From: Lama guanicoe
Lineage: Eukaryota
Reading direction: 5' to 3'
Length of the DNA: 64,000 bases
NCBI GenBank assembly: GCA_013239625.1
Contig: MU053379.1
Span: forward strand, 5,084,714-5,148,713
A program made the position numbers and the translations under genes. This document shows, piece after piece, positions 10,723 to 23,876 of the stretch. Position 1 is the stretch's first letter. Each line of letters starts with the position of its first letter. The notes under the pieces were generated by a model that had not been told where the DNA came from, ran no database searches, and saw only the letters and a program-made list of their open reading frames with translations.

Positions 10723-13052
10723 ACTGGGACCTAGATCCCTTCCTTGCGCGGTTGGTTGAGGGGGCGATACTGCTTTCTGAGTGGGGACCTCCTGTTTCCC
10801 TGTGTTCAGTACAGAGCAGCCCAGGGGCTGCGCCGGCTCAGGTGGGGGCCTGCGGGCCCTCGGACGCACTCACTTTAAATTTAGTAATGATCGATGTTAA
10901 AGTTACTTGGAAATACTTCAGTTAGCAGAGGCGGCATTTCAAGTTCACTCACTGGAGCTGGAGAGCATTTGTATCTCTACACCTTGGACTATTTAAGCAC
11001 ATCTGATCATGAAGCAGACGTGGATCAGAGACCCCCAGAAAGTAAATATGCACGTTTGCTTGTTCTTTAAATAAGGAAATAGAGCCTTAAGGAAAAATCT
11101 TCGCTTTAACATTCTGTAATGCAGTGAAGTGGAAGGTGGGAACCACAAACAGCCTCCCAGACGCAGTGCTCCCAAGAAGTCAGATCTCCCATGGCCAGGA
11201 GTGGGCCTCCGTCCCGGGGGAGCCGGTCACTCGTGAGGCAGACGTGACAGGACAGATGCCGATCAGGGTGGATTTGGCTCCGACCTGAGGGGTCGTCTCC
11301 CCAGCCAGACGCAGCTGCTCAGAGACGGGTTTTGGGCTCCTCGCCGCGGTTTTCTTTTGTGCTCTTGATTTTCTGCACTTTCTCTGTCGTTGCCCTAGTG
11401 GTGTCCCGAGTGCCCTGCTGGGTGGCCCTCCCTCCATCCCTGCAGCGGTCGGACGGGGCGGTCGGCCTGTGTGCACACACCACGTCCGCGCTGCTCCGCC
11501 GGCCTCCTGTGACCTGCCTGGTCTGTCTGCTGTGAGCGCGTCCAGTCTCTTGCAGAGCCGTCTGCCCGCTTCCCTGTTGTCCACACACCACTTGCAGGAG
11601 TGGAGCCCGAGGCCTCACGTGTGCAGGGCAGCCGGTGGCCTCTCAGGAAGGACGCTCGGCCGAGGCCGACATTCGCTGGGCCGTGCGCCGTGCGCCTTGG
11701 TCTTAGGGGAGCGGTTTGCTCGGCTGTGCTGGCTGGTGGGTCGGTTTTCCTGATGCTCGGGGCCTCTCGGCGTGCTGGTTGGTACCAGCACATGTTACTT
11801 CTAGACGTTGCCTTGAAGGGCAGCTAGACGCCTGGTGCTCTTGTGCTGGGGCTCCGGCGAGCTGGGGGCTGGGCTTCTGCCGCCGCCGCCTCCCTGCCTG
11901 TTGATTTCTCTCTGGCATTTTCTGCAGGTCCTTCCTTTTCTGTTTCATGTCTGCTGTGTCCCCGCGAGTCTCCCCTCCCTCGTGGCTTCTGTGCTCGGCC
12001 TGCACTCTGTGGGGCGGTTCTGCTGTCCCATCCGCGGTGACAGTCACAGGTTGGAGACTTGTAGGCCGGCTGGTCCCTTGTCCCGCGTCTGCAGCAAAGC
12101 TGTGTGGCCGCTCGTTCCTGGGGGAGCTGCCTTAGGACCCCTTCGCAGGGCCTCCCCACCCCGCGACACCTCCGCCGTGGTCCAAGTCCTGGAGGCCCAG
12201 GAAGGCCCTGCCTCTGTCCACCAGAATGTCCAGGACGCCTTCTGAGGGTGCCCTGTGGGGGGCCCTGCTGAGGTCTCCCTGCACTGCCCCCAGGATGCTG
12301 GGGATTCCTGAGCCCCGAGTCCACGGCCCGTCTTCCCCCCATTCCGGGACCAGGCAGACCTTGCTCGATGCTCTGCAATTAACAGATTTTTCTTCTCTAC
12401 TAGTTACTGTAAAAGTGTAGTTTGTGGGTTTGGGGTTTTTCCTATTCTCCGTGTTATTCTGTCTGCTGTCTGAAAGCGGGAAGATTCAGAACTGAGGGAC
12501 AGTTGTGTTCCTGCTGGAACCTGAAGTCAGGTGTTAAGATTGGCCCCGGCCCTTTACTGGTTCCTGTAAATCACAGGGCTGACCCGTCTCCCTGGCGAGC
12601 GCTGTACGCCACCCCCCCACCGTCTGCCCTGCGCGGGGGAGGCCCGGGCGCTTCTCACCTCTGCCCCAGCAAGGGAAGGGGCGTGGGGTCTCACTGATGC
12701 CCCTCAAGGCTGATGGTGAATTTCCAGAACCCCTGGGTCACCTGTCTTTCAAGTGCCCGCCACGTGCAAGGGCCCTCAGTGTGGTGACCAGAGCGGCTCC
12801 TGTGTTGGGTGGTTCTGGAAACAAAGGTGCAGCTTCTCCACTGAGCTTCTTGGAAGCACCTCTTCCTGGCTGGCCTTCTGTGCTGACCTGGACCACGTGT
12901 AGGGCGGGGGAGCCAGCCCCCTTGTCCGTGGGGTTCCTGGTTCAGCAGCACCTGCCTCAGGCTGAGCTCTGAGGACACTGGTCCCCACGGCCTGTGCCAG
13001 GGCTCCGGCACGTCCGGCTGCAGGGGCCTCACCTGGCCTTGTCGTCCTGCAG

Positions 13053-13111
13053 GGATAAAGAAGGACCCGGCCCAGGCCGTTGTACCCAGGACTGTCATGA
13101 TCGGGGGCAAG
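13053..13111 (+). CDS. PYGB: PYGB exon 15
   Basis: AG/GT, 59 nt; IKKDPAQAVVPRTVMIGGK. Confidence 0.96.
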
Positions 13112-14149
13112 GTGAGGTGGCGTCCTCTGCGCGTGCTTGAGGTTGGGCCACGGGGGCAGAGGTGCTGCCCCCAGGTGTGCTTGTGTCCTTCAGCTCAGTG
13201 ACAGGAGGGAGCTGGACGGGGCCCCTGCCTGCGCAGCATGGAGGGGGGGCCCGAGGGGCTTGCGGGCCCCTCCCTCCGGGGGCAGCGCCGTTCCCCTGGG
13301 TGGCTGCCGCCCTTCCAGCCTCGCCCACACTCGTGTGCTGGGTGGACGCAGGCCGCTGGCTGCCCCATCAGCCACCGGTGCGTCTGCTCTGGGCTCAGCC
13401 ACGTTCATTTCTGACTGTGGCACCTGGTCTTGGACACGCAATCGCGGAGTCCCATTGTGTGGCTGCCATGCAGCGGCGGTCCTGTCCTCGGTTCCACTCC
13501 ATAGAACCTCCAGAGACCCGCCCCCCGACTCCTGCTGAGCCGTTTTTAAGTAAATGACAGACATTGTAACACTTTGCCCCTAAGAACTTGTCTTCACAAT
13601 GACGTTTTTCCTTGGGAACCGACCACGCCCCCATTGCACCTGAAACATGTCACTAATATCCAGCTGGAGCCATGCGCCCGGTTGTCCTGTTAGGGATACC
13701 TCACTGACCGAATCAGGGCACACGTTCCTCGTGTGGTGGGTGGCTGTGGCTCTTGAATCTCCCGTGTCAGTTTCTCTCCACATCCCCTCCTTTTTTCGCC
13801 CTGCAGTTCACTAGTTACAGACCTGGGCTGTGTCCCAGGCTGGCTCCCCGACTGCGCCCCTCAGGTCTGCGCCAGGACCTCCCTTCGTTCCCTGTGTGTC
13901 CTGTAAGCTGGTAGTCAGTTCGTAGAACCCCTCGTGCCTTTTCTCTGTTTCTGAAAAACAAACCGGAATCAGAAGCCCGAGCTTGAGGCTGACAGGCCAG
14001 TGCACGTGGCACCCCCCGTGTGTCCATACGCTGGGCAGAGGGCAGGGCATGTGGGGACGCCGTGGCCTCAGCCCCGTGGAGCTGCCACCCCATGCCAGGG
14101 CAGGCCTAGCACGGGGGTCTGCGCTGAGCGCCTGCCCCCGTCCATCCAG

Positions 14150-14291
14150 GCGGCGCCTGGCTACCACATGGCCAAGATGATCATCAAGCTGGTGACATCC
14201 ATCGGCGACGTTGTCAACCAGGATCCAGTTGTGGGCGACAGGCTCAAAGTGGTCTTCCTGGAGAACTACCGGGTGTCCCTGGCCGAGAAAG
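14150..14291 (+). CDS. PYGB: PYGB exon 16
   Basis: AG/GT, 142 nt; [14 protein letters not shown]...[12 protein letters not shown]. Confidence 0.96.
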
Positions 14292-15685
14292 GTGAGGGAG
14301 CCTGCCCTGCCTGGGCACACGTGGTCACTGCTGGTCAGGGCCTGTCTCGCTCCCAGGCAGATTAACTGCCACAGGGGCCAGGCCCTGCAGCCATAGAGGC
14401 TTCATGGCCAGAGGCCCCACCTGGCAGCTGAGGCCCCGGGGAAGCTCTGCCTCGCACGTCCGTGGTCTCGAGCTGCTCCCCCTACCCCAGAGGGTGCTCT
14501 TACTCGCCCCCACCTGCTCACTCACTGCCTGCTTCTCACCTGGGCCAGCACCTGCCTCTCGTGTCCTTCTGAGGGCAGCTCAGAGCCTCAGTCCTATGCC
14601 CGCTCTGCTTTGTGGGTCCTGGGTGCGGCCTGCCGCCTGGAGACAGGCCTACGTGGGGGCCGGAGGTGCGGAGTGGGCTGGTGCCTGGGCTGACCTTGAA
14701 GGGGTGGGTTCTGGTCTGACCCTGAGAGCCCACCGGCTGGGTTGGGGTGGAGCTGAGGACGGGAAGCAGGGATGCGAGGGCAGGCAGGACGGAGGCTGGG
14801 TGCCCAGTGCCACGTGGAGAAGCCTGTGCCGGGAACCCATGCTTGGGAGAAGCCGCGGGGCTGCACTGGGTCATGTCCTGGCTGCTGTGCCCAGTCTGCA
14901 CACGACCCAGAGTAACTCCTGCGTGTGCGACCACCGGAAGTTCACCCCCCGCCCCGCCCCCAGTCCTCCTCCTGTGAGAGCTGGATTCCCCTTGAAGGGG
15001 TTACAGGAGCCTCACAGGCTGAGACGGAAGGGACATCAGGGTGCAGGGGAGCGGTTACACCATCAGGCCAGGACCAGGGCCCCCGCCAGACTTTGGCTGG
15101 CCATCTGCAGAAGGTTCCAGAACAAAAATCCATTGCACCTGCCAGGCTTCTCCTCAGTGGCACTGACCTTGGGGCCAGCTGCGTGCTGCCGGAGAAGTCA
15201 ACACAAGAGGCCAGGGCTGGCAGAAATGGAAAAGTTACTCAGCCAGCAACTCATGTCCCCACACAGCTCTGGAGATTCTGCTCAGCCATGAAAGTTTTTA
15301 GGGGCAAAGGGGACGTGGTCTCAGTCAGTCACCGGGACAGGGTCAGAGTGCTCGCCCCCTCCCCCAGCGCAGGCTTGGTGGCCGTGCTCTGCTCGCAGTC
15401 ACTGCAGGGGGAGCTGGGGAAGAGATCCTGGCAGCTGCTACTTCTGTTTCTTTGGTTTGAGGAAAGAACAGGTTCGGTGAGGTATTGTGTGATCAGGGGA
15501 CTGAAAGGGTGTGTCCCCGCAGATCAGTTACAACACAGCTTTGCTGAAGTGACAAACCCTTTCCTGGAGAGCCTCCACCCGGGCTGCCCAGAACCAGGGA
15601 GGGGCCCTCGGGGGGGGGGGGTCTGCGCTCCTGCACTGAGTGTTCATGGCCGATGAGTCTTGCTCGTGCCCCCCCACCCCCGCAG

Positions 15686-15893
15686 TGATCCCGGCCGCGG
15701 ACCTGTCGCAGCAGATCTCCACCGCGGGCACCGAGGCCTCGGGCACGGGCAACATGAAGTTCATGCTCAATGGCGCCCTGACCATCGGCACCATGGATGG
15801 GGCCAACGTGGAGATGGCTGAGGAGGCGGGGGCCGAGAACCTCTTCATCTTCGGCCTCCGGGTGGAGGATGTGGAGGCCCTGGACCGCAAAGG
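15686..15893 (+). CDS. PYGB: PYGB exon 17 (PLP-binding lysine)
   Basis: AG/GT, 208 nt; contains the [10 protein letters not shown] pyridoxal-phosphate attachment motif. Confidence 0.97.
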
Positions 15894-16649
15894 GTGTGTG
15901 TCCCTCTGGTGCCTGTGGGCACCAGTCGCGGGTCTGTGGCGGCCTCCCAGGGCCCGTCTGCCCGCCTCCTGGGCACCACGCAGGCTCCCTGTGCTGGGGC
16001 TCCGCAGCCCAGCCTGCATGCTCCAGACCTGTTGTTCCCAAAATGCCAAGAGCAGGAGTCCTCGGGGATGGGGGTCCAGAGCTGCTGGGACCTGCTGCCC
16101 TGACTTTGTAGAGTAACCCCGGTAGCCTCGGAAGAGTTTTAAATTTACAGGAAAACTGAAGCGACAGTACAGAGAGCTCCGTATACTCGGGTAGCTTCCT
16201 TGTTTTTTATACAAGTGTTCTTTCCTGTCCCGGGACCCCATCCAGGGCACCTCCTGTTGAGACTTCATGTTTCTACTGGTTTTTCTACGATCAGGGATAT
16301 GCTGGGGGGCCCAGCCTGGCCTAATTCTGAGCAATAACTGAAATTGTCTAACTGCCTGAAAGCTCGGGGGAGTTGGCCTTGGGCACCAGAGGCTGAGCCC
16401 AGAAAGTCAGCCTGTGAGCACGCCCTGCTGCCCTTTCTGCGCCGTCCCTGTATCCCGGGACAAGCACGTCTGGCACATGGAGGGTGGGGGAGGGGCCGTG
16501 TAAGTTGAGCAGTGCCCCCACCAGGACAGCAGAGCCACACGCCGACGTGTCTGTAGACAGTAACAGGACGCCGTGGGGCTGACGCGCCCATGGGGCTCCC
16601 ACCTCTCGAGGGCCCAGCGGCTGTCATGGCGCAGGCCGTCTCCCCGCAG

Positions 16650-16784
16650 GTACAATGCCCGGGAGTACTATGACCGCCTGCCCGAGCTGCGGCAGGCCGT
16701 GGACCAGATCAGCAGTGGCTTCTTCTCACCCAGGGAGCCGGACTGCTTCAAGGACGTCGTCAACATGCTGCTGAACCATGACAG
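16650..16784 (+). CDS. PYGB: PYGB exon 18
   Basis: AG/GT, 135 nt; [20 protein letters not shown]...LLNHD. Confidence 0.96.
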
Positions 16785-17514
16785 GTGGGACGGCCCGCTG
16801 CTTCTCTCCCCTCCGATGGGTCATTCCGAGGGTCCTCCAGGCGGGGTGAAAACTGCATGTTGTCTGGGTGAAGCCTGGGCCTTAGTGAGCTCTCCCTCCT
16901 CGGCCCATCCAGGGCCCGGGACCTGAAGGGCCTCTGACGGTGCCCGGGGAGCCCAGTGGTGGTCTGGGTGGAACGAACTCACTCACGAGGCTGTAAAGTA
17001 AGACGTGGCTGCGGACATGGGGTGTGTCCTGTGCCCATCAGTCCCGGGTGCGGCCTTGCTCACGGGGGCAGGCTCACAGTGCTGCCTCCTCGCAGGTGTC
17101 ACCAGCGTCCGTCTGAGGCTGAGACGCGGCCTCTGTCCCACTTCCACCTCCTTGGGGCTGGTCTGTCACTTTTTTGGTGGATGCTGTCTCCTGCCTGAGG
17201 TCTGTGTTCAAGGAGGGACCTTCCAGGGTCTTATGAACTGTTCCTGCCTCAGTCAGTTTCTGTAACCATCAATCCTGCACCTCCGTCTCTCAGTCCTGTG
17301 AGACCTGAGCCTGGCAGTCACCATGCCCTCCCCCGGGGGCAAAATCGGCAGGAAGCCTCGCGCTCAGGTTTTTAAGAAGAACGTTGGGTTAAAATATGTC
17401 TTTATTCTAGAGTAGCGTCCCCAGGACACAAGTGTTGCTCACAGAGCAGCCCCGTGGCCACCCCTGTCCTGCAGAGGTTGCCTGCCCAGCCCAACTTCCC
17501 GTCTCCTGCTTCAG

Positions 17515-17581
17515 GTTCAAGGTGTTTGCAGATTATGAAGCGTACGTGGCCTGCCAGGCTCGGGTGGACCGGCTGTACCGG
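17515..17581 (+). CDS. PYGB: PYGB exon 19
   Basis: AG/GT, 67 nt; FKVFADYEAYVACQARVDRLYR. Confidence 0.96.
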
Positions 17582-18564
17582 GTGAGGCTCTCGGGTCCCG
17601 AGCTGGTGGGGGTGCGACCGTGTCCTGCTGTCTCGGCTGCTCCCAGGAAGTCACGGGTCCTCTTGTGGCTCCTTCCACTCGGGGACTGACCCTGCCGCCC
17701 CTCTGCTCTCCATCCACACTGGCTCAGGTTCCTGCAGCCTCTGGGCAGCTGCCACAGTGCAAGTGAGCAGGGCAGGAGTTCCCATCCTGGGGCCCCAACG
17801 CCCTAGCCTGCGACCTGACTGCCCCTGTGGTGTGAGCAGGGGGGCGCGAGGCCCTGGGAGAGGGACAGGCCTCATGAGCAGTGTAGACCGTTGTGTGCTT
17901 GAGAATGTGTGTTTAAAACGAGGATGTGGACAATTTCTTGGAAAGGTGTGAGCGGCCACCGCAGCAGTCAGGGACTTGTAGCTCTAAGGCGCAGAGCTCC
18001 AGAGGCAGGGACGCAGTGCCAGCGTGTCCCCCGTGGTGTGAGCTGCGGGGAGTGGGCATGTCCACTGGGGTCTCCTGGGAAGAACCGCTCCCGAGCCTGG
18101 GGTGGTGCACTGAGGATGGCAGTGGGAGGGGACACTGGTGATGGGGGTGTGGCCGTGCAGTCATTGGGATGGTTTGTCCAGATCGTGTAAGGTGCCCCTT
18201 GGACAAGGCCTGAGGGTCTTGTGCTCCTGACTCGGTGCCCGTCCCGCCCCTTCCCCAGAGAAGCGGCTCCTGGCTTCCTTTGAGTGAAGGAACAGAAGGG
18301 GCTGGGAAACTGGGTGATCGTCAGGGCTGGCTGGTCAGGGAACACTCTTCTGTCCATCGTGTGCACAGTGTCCTAGCGGGACGTGGAGCATTCGGGGCGG
18401 GGACCTCCCGGGCTCCTTGCCCCTATACCTGGTCACCTGGTAGCTTTTCTGGTGGGCGAGGCCCCCTTTTCAGTGGAGATTCTTCGTCATCCATCAGGCT
18501 GCCCAGGGCTGAGTGCTCAGCTGGGGAGAGCCCACAGTCACACAGCATTGGCTTCCCTCCACAG

Positions 18565-18717
18565 AACCCCCGGGAGTGGACTGAGAAGGTTATCAGGAAC
18601 ATCGCCTGTGCTGGCAAGTTCTCCAGTGACCGGACCATCACCGAGTATGCCCGGGACATCTGGGGTGTGGAGCCCTCCGCCCTACAGACCCCACCCCCCA
18701 GCCTCTCCAGGGACTAG
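18565..18717 (+). CDS. PYGB: PYGB exon 20 coding part (to TAG)
   Basis: [50 protein letters not shown]. Confidence 0.96.
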   Translation, partial: NPREWTEKVIRNIACAGKFSSDRTITEYARDIWGVEPSALQTPPPSLSRD

Positions 18718-19768
18718 GCCCCCCTCGCCAACTCTGCCCCTCGTCCAGCTTCCCAGCACCTGCTTTTTTTCCCACTGCTGTTTCCGGGAGGAATGTGGGG
18801 ATCATGGTGGGGAAGGAAAGATGCTGACAGAGAGGCTCTCCTGCCGCCTGCAGCAGAGCGGAGCCCGCGGCACTGACCAGGGTGGCGCTGACCGGGGCAG
18901 CTGGCCTGCAGCTTTGCCCGCCCACCCTGGGAGGTGGGGAAGGTGGGGACGCCAGTCGGGCTCCCACAGCCTTGCATGTGCCGTGTGTGAGCTTGTTTTT
19001 AGCTTTGAGCCTCTGGATTCTGGGGTCTGGGCAGGCAGTGTGGCAGAGCCTGGGGACACTTGGGCTGGCCGTCTGGTGTGGCCTCTGGTCCTCCCTGGCC
19101 CAGCTCTGCCTGCTGGCCTTGCTGGGAGGGTCCAGTGCTCTGGGCCTTGTCTCCATAGCTGCCCTGTGGGCACCCGAGACAGCTGGGGTGACACTGAGGG
19201 GGACACCTGTGTCCAGCATCTAGGGTGAGACAAGGATGACTGATAAAAAGTCAGATTGGTTTTGCTTTTTCAAAAAAAAATTTCCCTCGTGAAAAACTAG
19301 TTGGAGCCGTTCATTCTTCCAGCAGCTAAGCCCAGTGCTTCTGGAGCTGCTGCCTGGGGAGGCCGTGGCGGGGTGTGCTCCCCCGACCCTGCCGTGGGGC
19401 CCGGGGGCCGCCTCTGCTGGATGGGGCAGGGCGTGCAGCCCCTGCCCCACGCCCCTCCACGTCTGGGGTGTGTCTCTGTCTTACGTGTGAAGCCGGCCCC
19501 CTCCCCGCTCCCTTGCCAGCAGCGCAGCAGCCTGGTCTGGAGAAGGGCCAGGTGGGCTCAGAGCGGAGCCCAGACAGCAGCCCGCAGCCGTGGGCAGAAG
19601 CGCGTTCCCGCGGCCTTGCCCTCACCTCCGTCCTGACTGCACACTTCTCCAGGGTCACAGGGACACGTTCTGGGGTGTGACTGTGCCCCCGACATGCTCT
19701 GCTGCCCGTCCCTAGGCCGACTGTGACTGTCACTGTGCCCCTCCTGTACCACCTCGTGTGAGAAACCA

Positions 19769-19774
19769 ATTAAA
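19769..19774 (+). terminator. PYGB: Probable PYGB polyadenylation signal (ATTAAA)
   Basis: First AATAAA/ATTAAA hexamer I found after the stop, about 1.05 kb downstream, followed by GT-rich sequence. Confidence 0.7.
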
Positions 19775-20931
19775 CTGCTTATGCTTGGCTGACCCGGCTT
19801 GTGCGCTTCACTCTGCACCAAGGGCGGCGCGTGGTCCCTGGTGTGTGGCCCTGTGGGCGGGGGGCCAGGCTGCACCACAGCCCGTTGTTCTGGGCCTGAG
19901 GACAGTCTCACCCAGCTGCATGTGGGACCAGGAGCACGTGTGTCTGGGCCACCAGCTCTACAAAGAATCGTCCAACCCAGACGCTGGGAAGACCGTCGTC
20001 AGGGTGTTGACACTTACGGTGTGAACTGTATTGTTCCCTACACCCATCTTCTGCCACTGCTCCTGGCCCTGGGAAGTGGAATGCCCTGGGGACCAACCCC
20101 CCCGCCCCCCGCCAAATTGTGTGACTGCAGATTGAATAGAAAACCAGGAGGGATGGGATTTGCGCGCTGCAGACCCTGGTGGGGGTGTGGGAGATGCCTT
20201 CTCCCGGTCTCAGGTCTAGGGAGCTCCCATGACACATGCGTGTGACCATGGTTCACAGCTGTGAATGTCCAGCTGTTCCAGACCACAGATCAACCCTGTG
20301 ACCCTCCAAAGGGTTGGTCCTAACCCAGTTGAAGCTCAAGTGCTTGGACCGAGGTCACAAGCTGAGACAACCCCCCTCCAGGTGGGTGTGCAGACCTAGT
20401 AACCTGCCAGGTGATGTTCTGGCAGCTGCCCCTCAGCACTCCCTTGTCTTCAGATTGTCAGACACCTGCAGAAACAACGACAGCTCACGTGTTTACTTTG
20501 CCTCCTACCTCACACCCCTAAGAAGATCTGAGGCAACTTACAGAGACACAGGACTTGATCCCAGTCGGAGCAGCCCAGGTCTACACGGCCTGTGAGCAGG
20601 TCCCACGGCTTCACTGGCCAGGACAGCCTGGGGATGTGGCTCTGCGCTGTGGGGTGGTGATCTCATGAAGGGGCTGTCTGGCCAAGGAGGCACTTTCTGG
20701 TGACTCTCAGGGCCTCTGACACAGAGCAGTTACAGGAAGGCGGCATCGGGTCGGGACGGTGTGGCCCAGCGGCCATGGAAATCCGCGGCCCTGCAGGCAG
20801 CGCTCACACCTGAATCTGACACCAGGAGTGCAGGGCAAGCCCATCCAGGGAGGGAACAGACAACCTGACAAAGCTGACCTGAGGAGAGGCGAGTCTGTCT
20901 GTTTCAAACCTGGTCTAAGAAAAGGCATGGG

Positions 20932-22447
20932 GGTGCTGGCACAAAGGCAGTATATGGATCGATGGAACAGAACAGAGTGCCCAGAAATAAACCCACACAC
21001 CTATGGTAAATTAAATCTTCAACAAAGGAGGCAAGAATATACCATGGAGAAAAAGACAGTCTCTCAGGAAATGGTGCTGGGAAAACTGGACAGCAGCATG
21101 TAAATCAATGAAGGTAGAACACTCCCTCACACCACGCACAAAAATAAACCCAAAGTGGCTTAAAGACTTAAATGTAAGACAAGACATGATAAACCTCTCA
21201 GAGGAAAATACAAGAAAAACATTATCTGACATAAATCTCAGCAATGTTCTCCTAGAGCAGTCTACCGAGGCAATAGAAATTAGAGCAAAAATAAACAAAT
21301 GGGACCTAATGAAACTTACAAGCTTCTGCACAGCAAAGGAAACCAGAAGCAAAACAAAACGACAACCTACAGAGAAAATTTTTGCAAATGACGAGACTGA
21401 CAGAGGTTTAATTTCCAGAATATATACACAGCTCATACAACTTAGTAACAACAACAACAAAACAAAAACCAAACAACCCAATCCAAAAAAGGGGCAGAAG
21501 ACCCAAACAAGCAATTCTCCAATGAAGACATACAAATGATCAACAGGAACATGAAAAAATGCTCAGTATCACTAATTATCAGAGAAATGCAAATCAAAAC
21601 TACCATAAGGTATCACCTCACACCAGTCAGAATGGCCGTCATTCAAAAGTCCACAAATGACAAATGCTGGAGAGGCTGTGGAGAAAGGGGAACCCTCTCC
21701 TACACTGCTGGTGGGAATGCAGTTTGGTGCAGCCACTGTGGAGAACAGTATGGAGATTTCTCAAGAGACTGAAAATAGACTTACCATAGGACCCAGGAAC
21801 CCCGCTCCTCGGCATATATCCGGAGGGAACTCTTAATTCGAAAACACACATGCACCCAAATGTTCACAGCAGCACTATTTACAACAGCCAAGACATGGAA
21901 GCAACCTAAATGTCCATCAGCATATGACTGGATAAAGAAGTTGTGGTGCATATACAATGGAATACTACTCAGCCATAAAAAAGAATAAAATAATGCCATT
22001 TACAGCAACATGGTTGGACCTAGAGATCATCATTCTAAGTGAATTAAGCCATAAAGAAAAAGAAAAATACCGTATGGTATCAGTCGCACGTGGAATCTAA
22101 AAAAAAGGGAAAAAAAAGGACACTAATGAACTCATCTACAAAACAGACAGACTCGCAGACATAGTAAATAATCATGGTTACCGGAGGAAAGGGGTGGGAA
22201 GGGATAAATTTGGGAGTTTGAGATTTGCAAATGTTAGCCACTATATACATAAATAGATTAAAAAAATTTCTTCTGTGTAGCACAGGGAACTAGGTTCAGT
22301 ATCTTGTAATAACCTTTAATGAAAAAGAAAATGAAAATGAGTATATGTATGTATATGCAAGACTGGGACATGGTGCTGTACACCAGAAATTGACATACTG
22401 TAAACTGACTATACGTCAATTAAAAAAAGGAAAAACCATAAGAAAGC
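20932..22447 (+). mobile_element. 5'-truncated LINE-1 (ORF2 3' part plus 3'UTR) between the PYGB and ABHD12 3' ends
   Basis: ORF2 C-terminal peptides (MDRWNRTECPEINP, CWRGCGE), A-rich tail, TSD AAGGCATGGG at 20922-20931 and 22448-22457. Confidence 0.92.
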
Positions 22448-23238
22448 AAGGCATGGGTTTTCCAGATACGAGAATAGCGACAGGCAGCTCTGAGGTGCTT
22501 CAGAAAGAAGGGTGACCCTCCAGCTGGCCCCCGGCTGCGAATACAGGCCACAGGGTTGGGGCAGGTGAACGAGCCCCTCCCCACCCCTGGGGAGTTCTGT
22601 GCTGAGAACACTGCAGGCCCTGAGGATCGGGGAGACTCGGGTGGACTGAAGTTCTCCAGTCTGGGACAAACCATGCGCCTGCACAGCTCTAAGTCCCCTT
22701 CCATATTAAGATGTGTACCCTCTTGTCCTCGAGTAGAGGTGACATAGCTAGACTGTAAGAAGCCATCGCCAGGGAGGTGAGAAGTGGGACCCAGAGGGGG
22801 CAGACACTGGCTGGGGCGCACAAGTGCAGGCGGAGCTGGTCTGACAAAAAGCCAGACAAACGAGCCACCACCAGATAGCAGGAGCAGCCCGCATCCTCTC
22901 CTGAGTGGTCAGGGGCCCGCCCACCGACAGTGATGTTCAGTGAGCTTGTTAACCGTTAAGGCTGAAAGGGTCACCTGTGTAAGCTATATTGTAGGAAAAT
23001 GCCACCTCTCCACCCGGAGAAGCCGTCCCCACCGTGAACAGGCCTCCCGCAGAGACAACGGCCCTTCCTGAGGAGCCTCAGAGTCCAGAAGGGAGGAGGA
23101 AAGACAACTGCAATCCTTGGCCTTCCGGAGCCACCCCTCTGCCCTATGACCGGGTTCTGGGAGTGGCCTGGGGCTGTGGGCAGGGCCTGGGCACAATTGG
23201 AGGTGTCACTGAGAAAACAGGCAGACCACCATGATGAT

Positions 23239-23244
23239 TTTATT
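23239..23244 (-). terminator. ABHD12: Probable ABHD12 polyadenylation signal (AATAAA)
   Basis: TTTATT on + strand about 600 nt past the ABHD12 stop. Confidence 0.75.
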
Positions 23245-23836
23245 CTTAAATAAATGCTCAGTCTAAGGCCAGGTTAGGCGGACAGGTGGGTGGAAATTGG
23301 AGGAAGGCAGATCCCAGGCACCTCCCCCCTGGGAGCAGTGGGGCCACCCAGGGAGGCAGGGACACCGAGGAAGGCAAGCGGGTGCACAGGGCAGGAGGGG
23401 GTGAGGAACCACTGGAGTCCATTCCACATGTGCTAGGAAGAGGCAGAAGGAACCCAGCCAGGTTCCCCACATTCTCGAGGGTGGTGCCAGAGAGCACGGC
23501 ATGGTCCCGAGACCCCACGCCTCCTTCCCCAGGCTCCAATGCCCAGCTCAGGAAGCGGAGATCAACCAGCCAATGGCCGGAATGTCCTGTCACTGTCTTT
23601 CCAACAAGACCTCAGGGTGAGTGGCAGCAAGAGGGAGAGAGGGCCACCCGCCCACCACCCGCACTGTCCACAGAGATCAGTGCTCCAGCCCCCGGGGCAG
23701 GCGCCTGAGGTCTGCCAGGGCCCCACTGCCCACCCGCTGGAGACCACGTCCTCTGTCCAGGTGCCTCTCTGGGCGCCAGGCTGGCCAGAGGGAGGGGACA
23801 AGGGCAGAGGTCTTCATGCTCTTCAGGCAGCGAGAC

Positions 23837-23876
23837 TCAGTGCTGGCGCCCGGCGTCCGGCTTGCCCAGGAATTCC
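23837..23876 (-). CDS. ABHD12: ABHD12 last exon (13), coding part
   Basis: ctag|G GAA TTC...; EFLGKPDAGRQH*. Confidence 0.93.

Noticed and set aside
10876..11010. AT-rich intronic island with ATGATCG...CTGA, possible C/D snoRNA
   Set aside because: Box C is imperfect and I found no convincing terminal stem or guide; an Infernal/Rfam scan would settle it.
16785..18564. Orthologue of the recalled human ABHD12 alternative last exon overlapping PYGB
   Set aside because: No matching minus-strand exon could be recognised by eye.
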